Counted from the first letter of the stretch, positions 30,952 through 41,388 are shown. The stretch: DNA of 64,000 nucleotides from a bacterium (GCA_963675295.2 CAXXKJ010000002.1:3424001-3488000); one strand, 5' to 3'. Numbers and translations are program-made. Notes: generated by a model not told the origin, from the sequence alone.

Positions 30952-31368
30952 ATGGGTACGCGAACAGCTTGGCGAGTAGCGGCGGCGCTCGCGGTATGGG
31001 TGGTACTGGCCGGGTGTTCGACCATCGCCACCTTCAATCAGCGGGCGTTGGAGAACGCGACCGACCTCAAGGCGTACGCGTTGATCCTGATGGACCACGC
31101 CGACGAGGACGCCGACAAGTATTCGGAAGACATCGAATACCTCGAGCTCCGCCTCTGGCAGGCGTACGAGTATGCCGCCGCGATCCCGAAGAACGAGGAG
31201 AGCGCGCGCCAGTGGGAGATTCTCAAGGACCCGGAGCGTGACCTGCTCGGCGGATTTCTCCGTGACTGGAAGGACGGTCCGTTGCTCCCGTTCCTGATCA
31301 CGGAGAAGAAGAAACAGATCAGCGCGGCGTTTGATGAGATCATCCGTCTCGAAAAAGCCAAGCTCTGA
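30952..31368 (+). CDS. Lipoprotein of unknown function
   Basis: Lipobox VLAGC; helical body. Confidence 0.75.
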   Translation: MGTRTAWRVAAALAVWVVLAGCSTIATFNQRALENATDLKAYALILMDHADEDADKYSEDIEYLELRLWQAYEYAAAIPKNEESARQWEILKDPERDLLGGFLRDWKDGPLLPFLITEKKKQISAAFDEIIRLEKAKL

Positions 31369-31382
31369 GGCTGGGAGGAACC

Positions 31383-31700
31383 ATGGATCAGTTGCTGCAA
31401 GCCATCCTGGACGATGTCCGCGTTTATGTCGGCCAGAATGTGCGTGAGTACGCCGATCAGGTGTTGACCGATAGCAAGGACTTTCTCGAGTCCACAAAGG
31501 ACGATCTGCAATCGTGGACGGCGGCCATCGCACGCGGTGAATTGGACCAGGCCGGGTTCGAGTCGCTGCTGCGTGGTAAGCAGGACCTGCTCGAGATGCG
31601 TGCGTTGACCGAAGCCGGACTCGCCAAGGTGCGGATTGATACCATCCGCAACGCGATCATCGGCATCGTGATCGATCGAGCGCTGGGAGAACTCGGCTGA
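31383..31700 (+). CDS. Small helical hypothetical protein
   Basis: GGAGG RBS, GC-rich third codon positions, co-directional with the lipoprotein gene. Confidence 0.7.
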   Translation: MDQLLQAILDDVRVYVGQNVREYADQVLTDSKDFLESTKDDLQSWTAAIARGELDQAGFESLLRGKQDLLEMRALTEAGLAKVRIDTIRNAIIGIVIDRALGELG

Positions 31701-31741
31701 ATCGTTTGCCACCCGGCGAACACAAACACGTACCTTCCGCC

Positions 31742-32335
31742 ATGGCTTTTCACGTACATACCGTCCAGAAACTGCCGCCGAAGTACAAGGGCACGCCCCG
31801 TCCCGCAATCGCGGTGGCGGGCCGTTCCAATGTTGGCAAATCGACGCTGATCAACCTGCTGCTTAACCGCAAGGTAGCGGCCACCTCGAAGCAACCGGGC
31901 CGCACCCGAGGTGTGCACCGCTTCCTCATCAACGAACGCTGGGACCTGGTCGATCTGCCGGGCTACGGGTTCGCCAAGGTCGGGGAAGACCTGCGTGGCA
32001 AGTGGCGGGAAATGGTCAGTGACTTCCTCACCGATCACGGGAATCTGGTGCAACTGCTGGTGCTGGTCGACGCCCGGCGCGGCATCGGCGAGCTGGATAC
32101 CGAGATGGTGCAGTGGGCGATTGAGGAACGTGTCGGTTGCTCGATTGTCCTGACCAAGACCGATAAACTCAAGCGCAGCGAGCTGACGAAAGCTCATCGT
32201 GAAGTGCAACACGCCGTCGGTGCGAAAATGCAGGTTTTCCCGGTCAGCGCGTTGAAACGGACCGGTGTCACCGAGCTGCTCGACGCCATCGAAGGCTGGT
32301 GGGCCGAGGACGCGTATCAGGGTGGGATGCAGTAG
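31742..32335 (+). CDS. engB: Ribosome biogenesis GTP-binding protein YihA/YsxC
   Basis: GRSNVGKST, TSKQPGRTR, VDLPGYG, TKTDKL. Confidence 0.95.
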   Translation: MAFHVHTVQKLPPKYKGTPRPAIAVAGRSNVGKSTLINLLLNRKVAATSKQPGRTRGVHRFLINERWDLVDLPGYGFAKVGEDLRGKWREMVSDFLTDHGNLVQLLVLVDARRGIGELDTEMVQWAIEERVGCSIVLTKTDKLKRSELTKAHREVQHAVGAKMQVFPVSALKRTGVTELLDAIEGWWAEDAYQGGMQ

Positions 32336-32342
32336 GTGCTTC

Positions 32343-32710
32343 GCGGTCGGCGGGTTACGGTCGGCTGTCGGCGGGCTGCGGTCGGCGGGCTATGGTCGGC
32401 AGTCGGCGAGCAAGTGAATTTCACCGCGTAGCGGTGACGGGTGGTTAGCGTGCTTCACCGTGAAGCAGTGACTTGTAACGCGTGTGCTATGCGTTGTAGC
32501 GATGGCGGCTGGGTATTGCGTTTCACCGCGTAGCAGTGACGGGTGGTTAGCGTGTGGCTTCAGCCACACGAGCACGCGTACCCCTCCCCCTTAATTCATC
32601 TGCCCACGCACCCTGTAGGGGTGCCGCACTGAACCGCTACTTATCCGTCGTCAACCAATTCTCCTGATCCACCACGCCCGATGACCCCTGCTGGCGTAGC
32701 CCGCAGGGGC
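32343..32710. repeat. Heptamer array (GCGGTCG/GCGGGCT, about 9 units) followed by a REP-like cluster
   Basis: 34-bp direct repeat tttcaccgcgtagc(g/a)gtgacgggtggttagcgtg at 32419 and 32521, each followed by a hairpin; lies between convergent genes. Confidence 0.8.
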
Positions 32711-32772
32711 ACATGTTGCGCACGTCCAACGTTCGCCACGAAAACTTCCGCCCGACCTGAGATCGTTTCCGT

Positions 32773-34776
32773 TTACCCCGCCAATAATCCCCAGATCAGC
32801 GGAATCAGGATCAGGAAGATGCCCATCAGGCTCTCGCCGGCGATCAGGCCGGACGCGGTCGGGACGGTGTAGATGCTGTCCACCTTCGGCTTCCACTTGC
32901 TCAGGATCAGCTGGATCAGGCCGCCGATGAACATCGACAGTGCATACCAGAAGTGGAACGTAAACGCCAGCCCGAGGCCCAGCGGGGACGGCACCCAGAT
33001 CCGTGCCTTCGGCGGCAGCACTTTCTGCAAGATCACCAGCAGGATTCCGACCAGCCCCCCGATCCACAAGGCCATCTGCGCGGTCGGGTGGATCGATTCC
33101 ATCCCGTTGGCCAATAGTTCCGCGACCGCCGCCCAGACCACTGCCGCCGGCGCGGGCCACTGGTCGGTGCCCAACGCGGATGCGTCCGGAACCAGCAGGT
33201 AGAAGGTCGGTACAGTCACCGCGGTGCCGATAAAGATGCCCCAGAACTGGGCGAGGAACTGCTTGCGTGGCTGTGCGCCAAGTACGTATCCGCTCTTCAG
33301 GTCGATCAGCAACGCGGAGGAACTGTCGGCGACACCGGCGGTGATGCCTGCTGCCATCAGGTTGACTGTTTGACGTCCCGGGGCGATGCCGCCGTAGACC
33401 AGCTGCATCACCTTGCCCATCGCGCCAATCGGGCTGGTGTCGGTTTCGCCGGTGGTCCGGCAGGCGACCAGGGCGAGGAAGAAGCTGAGGAAAATCGCCA
33501 GCGCGCTCATCCAGATCGGCATGCCGAAGGCGACTTGTGCAACGTAGATAATGCCCAGCGCGCCGACCACGCCGCCAGCCACCATCCACGATCCCGGCAC
33601 TTCGATCTTCTTGATGTACTCGTCCAGCTCCGGGTTGCCCGACCCCTTGGACTTGATGCCGATGATGCTGCCGACGCCACTCAGCGCCCGCACCACCGAC
33701 TTCCACTGCATCGCGAACGCCAGCAGACCGGAGGTGACCATGCACGCCGCCCCGCCCCAAAGCGACCACGAAACCATCGTGCGGTACTCGAGTGATTCAA
33801 TCACGCCCTGGTTGTACATCATCGGCACGAGAATCACCCAGTTGAGGATCGCGCCGAGCATGATTGACGCCGCGACACGGAAGCCCATCAACCCGCCCGC
33901 CGCGACTAGCAGCAACGATCCTTCGCCGGCTACGGTGTAGTCCATCGCCTTCTTGCCGAAGATCGGATAGACGCCCTCGATGATCGTGAACGCCTTTTTC
34001 ACGATCCCGATTTCCATCAGCATCGCAGGACCGTCACGCAGCAACGTCAGCAACGCACCCAGCCCGCCGGCAATGAATAGAGCGTTAGCCGATTTTTGCG
34101 CCTGCGATTCATCAGTGATCGCACCTTCGGCGTCCGCCGCTTCGGCCTCCGCGGCAGCTTCCCGCTCCTCGTCCTCGACCGTGACGATGTCCGCCACTGG
34201 CTTCTGTAGCGCCGGCTTGTGATCGAGGTCGTGGTGCAGGCTGCGAAGCGTCGCCGCCGCCGCAATACCAGACGGGAACCGCAGCCGTTCCACGTTGATC
34301 ATCTGGCGCTTCATCGGAATCGCCATCGTCACGCCGAGCAACGCGAGGAAGAAGATCCACAGGGTGAGGTGGAAGTAGCCGATGTGCGCACTGTTGACCA
34401 GGACAAACGCCGCGACCGCGCTGACCAGCGTGCCGCCGGTGGAATAACCCGCTGAGGACGCCGCCGACTGCATCGCGTTGTTCTCAAGGATCGTCATGTC
34501 AGACTTGGTGACGCCGATCTTGCGGAAGAATTTCCAGATCGCCCACGAGAGCACGCAAGCCGTGATCGCGACACCAAATCCCCAGCCCGTTTTCAGCCCG
34601 ATGTACAGGTTGGTCAGACTCATGATCGCGCCGAGCGCGAGGCCCATGATCGCGGCACGCAGGGTCAGCTGCGGCATGTCGCCACGATAATGTTCTCTGT
34701 AGTAGCGGAGTTCCTGTTCTTCAGACGTCAGAACGTGACGTGCAGCGGAGGTGCCTGGCTGGGTGTCCTGATCCAT
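32773..34776 (-). CDS. OPT/YSL-family oligopeptide transporter
   Basis: QLTLRA, NLYIGLKTGW, ENNAMQSAAS, LRFPSGIAAA, DLKSGY, ASGLIAGESLMG; many TM segments. Confidence 0.93.
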   Translation of the reverse strand: MDQDTQPGTSAARHVLTSEEQELRYYREHYRGDMPQLTLRAAIMGLALGAIMSLTNLYIGLKTGWGFGVAITACVLSWAIWKFFRKIGVTKSDMTILENNAMQSAASSAGYSTGGTLVSAVAAFVLVNSAHIGYFHLTLWIFFLALLGVTMAIPMKRQMINVERLRFPSGIAAAATLRSLHHDLDHKPALQKPVADIVTVEDEEREAAAEAEAADAEGAITDESQAQKSANALFIAGGLGALLTLLRDGPAMLMEIGIVKKAFTIIEGVYPIFGKKAMDYTVAGEGSLLLVAAGGLMGFRVAASIMLGAILNWVILVPMMYNQGVIESLEYRTMVSWSLWGGAACMVTSGLLAFAMQWKSVVRALSGVGSIIGIKSKGSGNPELDEYIKKIEVPGSWMVAGGVVGALGIIYVAQVAFGMPIWMSALAIFLSFFLALVACRTTGETDTSPIGAMGKVMQLVYGGIAPGRQTVNLMAAGITAGVADSSSALLIDLKSGYVLGAQPRKQFLAQFWGIFIGTAVTVPTFYLLVPDASALGTDQWPAPAAVVWAAVAELLANGMESIHPTAQMALWIGGLVGILLVILQKVLPPKARIWVPSPLGLGLAFTFHFWYALSMFIGGLIQLILSKWKPKVDSIYTVPTASGLIAGESLMGIFLILIPLIWGLLAG

Positions 34777-34904
34777 GGTCTTCCCTCAAACTGGGTGGGC
34801 AACTGTGAGAATGCGTCAATATAGGGGATTGACCCGGCTCGGGCTACGGGACAGGGACGAAACCGTGAATTTGTCAGTCGCGGCGACGCCGGGGTCCAGC
34901 CCCA

Positions 34905-35132
34905 TCAGTCCCACTGTTCCCGCAACCAGTCATGGACAGCCGCCGCGTACTCATCGGTCTGCTCGTGCCCGGCGTCAAAGGTCTGAAACTCAACGTTCAG
35001 GTACTCACCCACCCGTACCCACGATTGCGCGGAGTACAGTAGTGGCGAATCGTCGGGAGTGACGGCGAATGCGGATGGCGGCAGTACAAGGCATGACAGA
35101 ACAAAGAAGAAGATTACACTGACCCGAACCAT
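34905..35132 (-). CDS. Small signal-peptide protein, possibly a gene remnant
   Basis: RBS-like GGGGGAG, signal peptide ending AFA, only about 50 mature residues. Confidence 0.4.
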   Translation of the reverse strand: MVRVSVIFFFVLSCLVLPPSAFAVTPDDSPLLYSAQSWVRVGEYLNVEFQTFDAGHEQTDEYAAAVHDWLREQWD

Positions 35133-35260
35133 GACGCTCCCCCCCTTTTGGCGTCGATTGCCTGTTCATGTTTCTGATAGGGACAGAATGAAGCAGGAAT
35201 CGTTACACGCCTGGGTACCTCCATTCCATGGACAGTTGAAATGAAGCGTCTGCGGAATGT

Positions 35261-36687
35261 CTAGTGGATGGCTGAATCGCTTGGAATCAAGAGACGCACC
35301 TGATACCAGCCGGATTCCGTGAGTGCAGACACCATTTCGATTCCAAGCAGGGCTGCATAGTTCTGTGCCAGGGTCAGCCCCATGCCGAGATGAAACTCAC
35401 TGCGACTGGTTTCTTTTCTCCAGAATGGTTCGTTCATATGCTCAATCTCGGTAATGTCCAGATCAGGAGCAGGGTTCTCAATTGTCCAGCTGGTGACATT
35501 GGGATCGGAATCAACCCAACACCGAACTGTGGCACCATCTGGTGAATGCAGTACCGAGTTCGAGATGAGGTTCTGCAACAACGATTCGAGCTGACTTGAA
35601 CTGCTGGATACGCAAATGCCATCCCCGACTTGCAGATCCAGCTTAAGATTTCTCTGATTTGCCTGGCCTTGCAATCGGTCCCATACCGCGCGCGTCAATG
35701 CGGACAGATCAACTTGCGTCATTACAATGGTGATTTCATGCTGCTGCATCCTCGCCATTGCTAGCAGAACGGAGACCGTCATCTCAAGCTGTTTTGCGAT
35801 CGCCTCAGCGTCTTCGAAATACGCCCTGACATCTTCATTGGTAGCCACGAAAGCGTCATTCAATGCGACCTCCGCCAGCGTGCGCAATTCTGCGATGGGA
35901 GTTCGCAACTCATGCGCAGCGTCGGCGGTGAATCGCCGTTCCCGGTTGTAGGCTGCTTCCATGCGTTCCAACAGCTGATTGAAGGATTTAACCAGGGGTT
36001 TCAGTTCTGCCGGTTGCTCGTGTGTCGGGAATCGATGGGATAGCTGGTCGGTTTGCAGCTGCCTGACCTTGAAGCTGAAACGGTCCAGCGGAGCCAAACC
36101 TCGTCTGACTACCAGCAGGACTAGTGGTATGGTGAGGATAAGTAGCAACAGTGCGGTGGCAACAATCCCCAGTTGAATCAACGTCAGCGTCTTATCAAGC
36201 CCTGATCGAGAAACCGCCAGTGTTAAAGTGTGTTCGAAATTTTCCCTGGGTTGATCAGATCCCGAGCCACGTTCGATGCGAGGTATGTACCGAATAAGAG
36301 CCGCTCGTGCAGATGTCCGATCTTCCCGGCTCATCGAATAAATGATGAGCGAATCAGTTACTGTAGCAAAGTCCATCAATGACAGTTGCACGCTGGTATC
36401 TGATCGAACACAACCCTGCCCAGCTTGTCACGCAGTTCATAATCGATCACCAGCCCACCGGCTTCCAGTCCCGTGATCGACAGATCCTCGAGGTCGAACT
36501 CGAATTCACCCTCTTCATTGATTTCGGTGACCTGTAGAATTGCATCCGCCCGGCTGAGCAATGCCTGGTCGAAGGCGGCAATCAGTGCGTGTCTGGTGAC
36601 TCCATACACTGCGAATCCAGCCAGCACAACAAGTAGGCTCAAACCAGCAAGTAGTCCAGCGATCAACTGTATGCGAATGGAGTTCAC
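35261..36687 (-). pseudogene. CusS/QseC-like sensor histidine kinase split by a one-base frameshift
   Basis: N-part (36376-36687, TM1) and C-part (HAMP, FTADAAHELRTP, NLISNS, GMGL) are in different frames; adding one base near 36405 gives ..GRVVFRSDTSVQL.. Confidence 0.8.
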
Positions 36688-37361
36688 AGGCTTGGATCCC
36701 GCAGGATATATCCCTGACCCCGTCTTGTTTCGATCATGGATGGCTGACCTTCGACATGCAGCACTTTTCGCAGTGCGCTGATCGCCGACTCAATAGCATT
36801 ACTGCTTGGCTGGTTCGCGAAATCGTAGATGTGATACATGAGTTCACGGGATGAGACGACTTTTTCCTTGTGCAGAGCGAGGTATTCGAGGACGGCATAT
36901 TCACGTGGTTTCAACGGCAGTATCTGGCCACTGCGTGAAACCTCTCGTAGATTGAGGTCTAAATTCAGATCACGGATTGGGATGTTCGGCGCCTGTATCC
37001 TGTACTTGCGGCGTACAAGCGCTTGCACCCGTGCAAGCAACTCCTCCAGCGCAAAAGGTTTGACGAGATAGTCATCCGCTCCCGCCTCCAGACCCCGAAC
37101 CCGATCATCGACCGTGTCCCGTGCGGAAAGGATCAACACTCCGGCCTCAACACCGTCCTCTTTCATACGCTGCAATATGGACATGCCATCAATCTTCGGC
37201 AGCATCAAATCAAGTATGACCACATCATAGTCGGAGTGATGCAACAACGACAGGGCTTCGCTGCCGTCGGACACCGTATCGACAGCGTATCCGGCTTGAC
37301 GAAGCCCTTTCGCGACGTAGCGTTGCAACCGCTGTGCGTCTTCAACGACAAGACAGCGCAT
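36684..37361 (-). CDS. OmpR-family response regulator
   Basis: LVVED, ILDLMLPKIDG, GADDYLVKPF, IETRRGQGY. Confidence 0.96.
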   Translation of the reverse strand: MRCLVVEDAQRLQRYVAKGLRQAGYAVDTVSDGSEALSLLHHSDYDVVILDLMLPKIDGMSILQRMKEDGVEAGVLILSARDTVDDRVRGLEAGADDYLVKPFALEELLARVQALVRRKYRIQAPNIPIRDLNLDLNLREVSRSGQILPLKPREYAVLEYLALHKEKVVSSRELMYHIYDFANQPSSNAIESAISALRKVLHVEGQPSMIETRRGQGYILRDPSL

Positions 37362-37409
37362 TGTACCCCGGGGGTAATCTAAGGTTTGCTGCAAACATAC
37401 GAAAACGAC

Positions 37410-37913
37410 TCAGTCATCATCCTCTTCGTCGTCATCTTCGTTGTCATGCATCAGCCTGCCATTGCCAAGGAAATGGAGTTCGCGGGTGTCATCTCCATCG
37501 CGAATCTCGATTTCGAAATAGGTGACCGTGACTTGTTCCGCCTCACGGATTTGCGCATCTGGAAAGTGCTGCTGCAGGTATGTCTGAATTGCAGCCGTCA
37601 GATCCTCGGCGTCAATTTCAATCTCGGTTGCCAACAACTCACCGCCGGCACCGACCTCGACCGTGAATTCATCACCATCCACCTCGGTTTCTGCTTCGTA
37701 GACGGTGTAGCCGTCCTCCTCATCCATCTCGACTTCCTCGGGGACAGCGTTGTTCAGCTGAGCGAGCAGCGTGGTGCGCACCACTTCCGGAACCTGATCC
37801 CACGGAACTGTGGTTTCCCCATCTTCTGCGAACACGTTGACAGCGGTAAATACTGTTAAACCACAAAGAAGCAAGGTGGCAATCCCACGTCCAATCGCAA
37901 TGCGTAACTTCAT
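37410..37913 (-). CDS. Acidic periplasmic PepSY-like protein
   Basis: Signal peptide; VP..V; YEAETE..EVGAGGELL; second repeat YFEIEI..LHF..NGRL. Confidence 0.75.
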   Translation of the reverse strand: MKLRIAIGRGIATLLLCGLTVFTAVNVFAEDGETTVPWDQVPEVVRTTLLAQLNNAVPEEVEMDEEDGYTVYEAETEVDGDEFTVEVGAGGELLATEIEIDAEDLTAAIQTYLQQHFPDAQIREAEQVTVTYFEIEIRDGDDTRELHFLGNGRLMHDNEDDDEEDDD

Positions 37914-37979
37914 CTTCCCCTCCTGCCTTTCAGCATGTTGCATCAACTTACAGTTTAACGGTTTAGACATTCTAAACGA

Positions 37980-38837
37980 TCACCAGCGATGGAAGCTGAA
38001 CATCAATCCATATTCCGGTGCCCAGTCGACCGATGTTGGCGTCAAACCAAACGAGTTGTTGAATTTGATCAACCCCCAATCGGCGAAATGGAATTGAATT
38101 TCCGTGATCGCTTCATCGTTCTCAACCGCGAGAAACACCTTCCAATTGTCGTTCAACCGCTTCAGGTATTCCACCGCAACCTCGTTCAAACCAAATTCCT
38201 CTTCATCCATGTTGTATTCAGCTGACACACGAAAAGTGAGCGTTCCGAACGAGAACCCACGAATCACCCCAGTCCCCAGTTTGAATTCGTAATCGGGCGT
38301 TCCGGTGAGATCCTTGTCACTGTTGAACGGATACACGGTTTCGAAATAGCTGTAAAACCCAGGCCGTTTCGCGGTTTCCTTCAGCCAATAGTAGTCGAGC
38401 TGGGTTTGTACATCCCCCAGCCCTGATTCCTTGATTTCTCGCGGCATGGTAGACAAATCTTCATCCGCCTTTTCGAGTTCTGCTGTGATGTAGGCAGCTT
38501 CGATCTCTAGAACCAACCGGTCCGTAATCCCATACCCGAGAAAGATGAGGAATTCGTTGGCGTTGTAGTCACCCTCAAAATCTTCATCCAGGGCAGCACC
38601 AAAATCCGTTGGGTTGTATTCTTCCTGCGCGTTGATGTAGTACTCGTAGAATGGATAGAGCATCAACTCGCCCTTGCGGATGTGTGTACCGAACATCGAT
38701 GTTGGGCTGCCGGTTCCGCGATCCATCAAGTACGAAGGCAGTTCATCAACGGGTTCCATCGCTGGACTGATTTGTGGTTGTACAAAAAGTGTGATCGTCA
38801 CCAGCAGGATGATGGTGAGCAGCAAGCGTTGGTTCAT
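37980..38837 (-). CDS. Probable outer-membrane beta-barrel (MetA-pathway/transporter-like)
   Basis: Signal peptide, SGLGDVQ, alternating strands, ends PEYGLMFSFHRW. Confidence 0.6.
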   Translation of the reverse strand: MNQRLLLTIILLVTITLFVQPQISPAMEPVDELPSYLMDRGTGSPTSMFGTHIRKGELMLYPFYEYYINAQEEYNPTDFGAALDEDFEGDYNANEFLIFLGYGITDRLVLEIEAAYITAELEKADEDLSTMPREIKESGLGDVQTQLDYYWLKETAKRPGFYSYFETVYPFNSDKDLTGTPDYEFKLGTGVIRGFSFGTLTFRVSAEYNMDEEEFGLNEVAVEYLKRLNDNWKVFLAVENDEAITEIQFHFADWGLIKFNNSFGLTPTSVDWAPEYGLMFSFHRW

Positions 38838-39049
38838 TATCGACTCCTCCCTCGAGTGAGCTGCAAGATCAGGTATGAACGTACCGCATGTGCGATGATA
38901 GCTCCGGCAACATTACCAGAAGCCAATGGGACGTAACCCTGTGGAGTTCCCGAAGCAGGCATCATCCCGATCCCCGTTTGCCCCTCGCCCACCCGTTGCG
39001 CTACCTTCCCCGCGCACAACGGGATCAACCCTCAAGCATAGCGGATACC

Positions 39050-40102
39050 ATGGCACCTTCAGGCAAGAAGCGAATCCTCAGCGGCATGCGTTCCACCGGC
39101 CGCCTGCACCTCGGCAATTTCGTCGGCGCACTCGAGAACTGGGTCAAGATGCAGGGCGAATACGAGAACTATCATCTCGTCGCCGACTGGCATGTCTTGA
39201 CCACGGACGCCGAACACACCGGCGAGATTCTCCCGAACACGCTCGAAATGGTGCGTGACTGGCTCGGCGCGGGCATCGACCCGAGCATCAGCCCGATGTT
39301 CCGGCAATCTCAGGTGAAAGAACATGCTGAGCTGCATCTCCTCTTCTCAATGCTGGTGACTCAGTCGCGTCTCGAACGCAACCCGACGCTCAAGGAACAG
39401 ATCCGCGACCTGCGCGAAAAATTGCAGGCGCGCGATCTGGACGACGAGGACCGCCCGGAGAATGAGGTTACCGATTCCGGTTTGATCACGTATGGCCATC
39501 TCGGCTACCCGGTGCTGCAGGCGGCGGACATTCTGCTCTACAAGGGTGAGGTAGTGCCGGTGGGCGAGGATCAGCTGCCGCATCTCGAGATCACGCGGGA
39601 AATCGCGCGCCGCTTCAACCGCTACTACGGCGAGGTGTTCCCGGAACCGGACGGCTACGTGCTGGAGGAAACCAAGTTCAGCCGTCTGCCGGGCCCAGAT
39701 GGCAAGCGCATGTCCAAGTCGCTCGGCAACACCATTTTCCTCAGCGACGGTGAGGAGGAAACCGGCAAGCGCATCATGGGCATGGTCACCGATCCGCAGA
39801 AGGTTCGCCGCAATGATCCGGGCCGGCCGGAAGTGTGCAACGTGTTCACCTACCACCAGAAGTTCAACCCGGACGAAGTCCCGCAAATCGAGGAAGACTG
39901 CAGGAGCGGCGCGTTGGGTTGTGTCGCCTGCAAGAAGAACTGCGCGGCGAAATTGAATGACTATCTGCGTCCGATGCGTGAACGCCGCCAGCAGTACAAC
40001 GATGACGCCGTGATGGACGTACTCACTACCGGAGAGACGAAAGCACGAGCCGTCGCGCAGGAGACCATGGCGCAGGTTCGCGACGCGATGAAGTTTGGAT
40101 GA
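39050..40102 (+). CDS. trpS: Tryptophan--tRNA ligase
   Basis: SGMRSTGRLHLGN, YPVLQAADILLY, VPVGEDQ, RMSKS. Confidence 0.97.
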   Translation: MAPSGKKRILSGMRSTGRLHLGNFVGALENWVKMQGEYENYHLVADWHVLTTDAEHTGEILPNTLEMVRDWLGAGIDPSISPMFRQSQVKEHAELHLLFSMLVTQSRLERNPTLKEQIRDLREKLQARDLDDEDRPENEVTDSGLITYGHLGYPVLQAADILLYKGEVVPVGEDQLPHLEITREIARRFNRYYGEVFPEPDGYVLEETKFSRLPGPDGKRMSKSLGNTIFLSDGEEETGKRIMGMVTDPQKVRRNDPGRPEVCNVFTYHQKFNPDEVPQIEEDCRSGALGCVACKKNCAAKLNDYLRPMRERRQQYNDDAVMDVLTTGETKARAVAQETMAQVRDAMKFG

Positions 40103-40163
40103 TCCTTTCCGAGCGCTGGCCGCCGACCGTATATTTCAGATTGAGCCAGTGCTGGAGGTTGGT

Positions 40164-40403
40164 ATGAAAGTTGGAAGCTACACCGTTGTGTACACCCGTG
40201 ACGAAGAGGGCGGGTTCATTGTGACCGTTCCCGCGCTCAAAGGAGTTGTCACGTACGGTGATACGCTGGAAGAAGCCCAGGAGATGGCGAAAGAAGCCAT
40301 CGAGGGATTTCTAGAAGCCTTGCACTCAGAAGGCCTTCCCATCCCGGAGGAAGGGCAGACAACCGCAGTGGCTGAACAGATCAATGTGAAGGTTCCGGCA
40401 TGA
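40164..40403 (+). CDS. hicB: HicB-family antitoxin (short)
   Basis: GGAGG RBS; YTVVYTRDEEGGFIVTVPALKGVVTYGDTLEEA. Confidence 0.9.
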   Translation: MKVGSYTVVYTRDEEGGFIVTVPALKGVVTYGDTLEEAQEMAKEAIEGFLEALHSEGLPIPEEGQTTAVAEQINVKVPA

Positions 40404-40624
40404 CGCCACGCTTTCCAACGCTGACACCCCGGAAGATGGTGAAGGTCTTGAAGAAAGCAGGATTTGTAGAGCATTCACAAAAAGGCAGTCATCTGTATCT
40501 GCACCATCCGGATGGCCGCTGGACCACGGTGCCCATGCACGCACGGGATTTAAAACGAGGGCTGATTTTCTCAATTCTTGATCAAGCCGATATTGATCCG
40601 GATGACTTCTTGAAACTCCTCTAA
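40400..40624 (+). CDS. hicA: HicA-family toxin
   Basis: LKKAGF..QKGSHLYL..TTVPMH..GLIFSIL; ATGA overlap with hicB. Confidence 0.92.
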   Translation: MTPRFPTLTPRKMVKVLKKAGFVEHSQKGSHLYLHHPDGRWTTVPMHARDLKRGLIFSILDQADIDPDDFLKLL

Positions 40625-40626
40625 CC

Positions 40627-41388
40627 ATGCCCTTCACCCTCAACATCGACGTCTATTCCGGTCCGATGGACCTGCTGCTGCACGTGGTTCGTCAGAACCG
40701 GATCGACATGCTCGAATTGCCCCTCGCGCAGATCGCAGAGGGGTTTCTCGAGTACGCACGGGAGGATAACGGCCTCGACCTCGATGAAGCGGGTGAAGTG
40801 TTGTACACGGCTTCGCTGTTGATCCGGATGAAAGTCCGGTTCCTGCTGCCCACCGAGGATGCAGCCGACGACGAGGACAGCAACGGCGACATCGAGCGTG
40901 ACGAAGAGCTGGAGGAGATGTTCCTCGGGATCGTCGCGGCGGCCCGTGAACTGGCAGACAGTGAAGCGCGGCAGCGCTTGCATTTTAAACGCGGTCAGGC
41001 GGCGGGCCAGGTCGAGGTGGACGAAACCGAAGCGTTGCTGCAGGATCTGAACGTGTTGCACCTGGCGGAAGCGTTCCGGCAGGTGGAACGCAAGCTGGAG
41101 CAGAAGCCGGCGCGTCAGCTCGCCCTGTTCAAGGTCACCGTCGAGGAACAGGCGGTGATGATTCTGCAAGGCCTGGCGGAACAGAAGAGCATTTCCTTCC
41201 AGCAGATCGCGGAGATGCTGACCGAACGGATCGAGGTCGTGGTCACCTTTCTCGCGATGCTGGATTTGCTGCGTCTGGGTAGAATCAGCTTGCGTCAGGA
41301 CGAACTGTTCGGTGAGATTCTGATTCAGCGCGGGCCAAAGTACAAGGGCACTGTCATTCGGGATGTGGAGGACAACGGGAATGGCTGA
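40627..41388 (+). CDS. scpA: Segregation and condensation protein A
   Basis: YSGPMDLLLHVV, A..L..MKVRFLLP, VVTFLAMLDL..Q..LFGEI. Confidence 0.92.
   Translation: MPFTLNIDVYSGPMDLLLHVVRQNRIDMLELPLAQIAEGFLEYAREDNGLDLDEAGEVLYTASLLIRMKVRFLLPTEDAADDEDSNGDIERDEELEEMFLGIVAAARELADSEARQRLHFKRGQAAGQVEVDETEALLQDLNVLHLAEAFRQVERKLEQKPARQLALFKVTVEEQAVMILQGLAEQKSISFQQIAEMLTERIEVVVTFLAMLDLLRLGRISLRQDELFGEILIQRGPKYKGTVIRDVEDNGNG

Noticed and set aside
32419-32554. CRISPR array
   Set aside because: Only two 34-bp units, a 68-bp spacer, and no cas genes or leader; REP-like instead.
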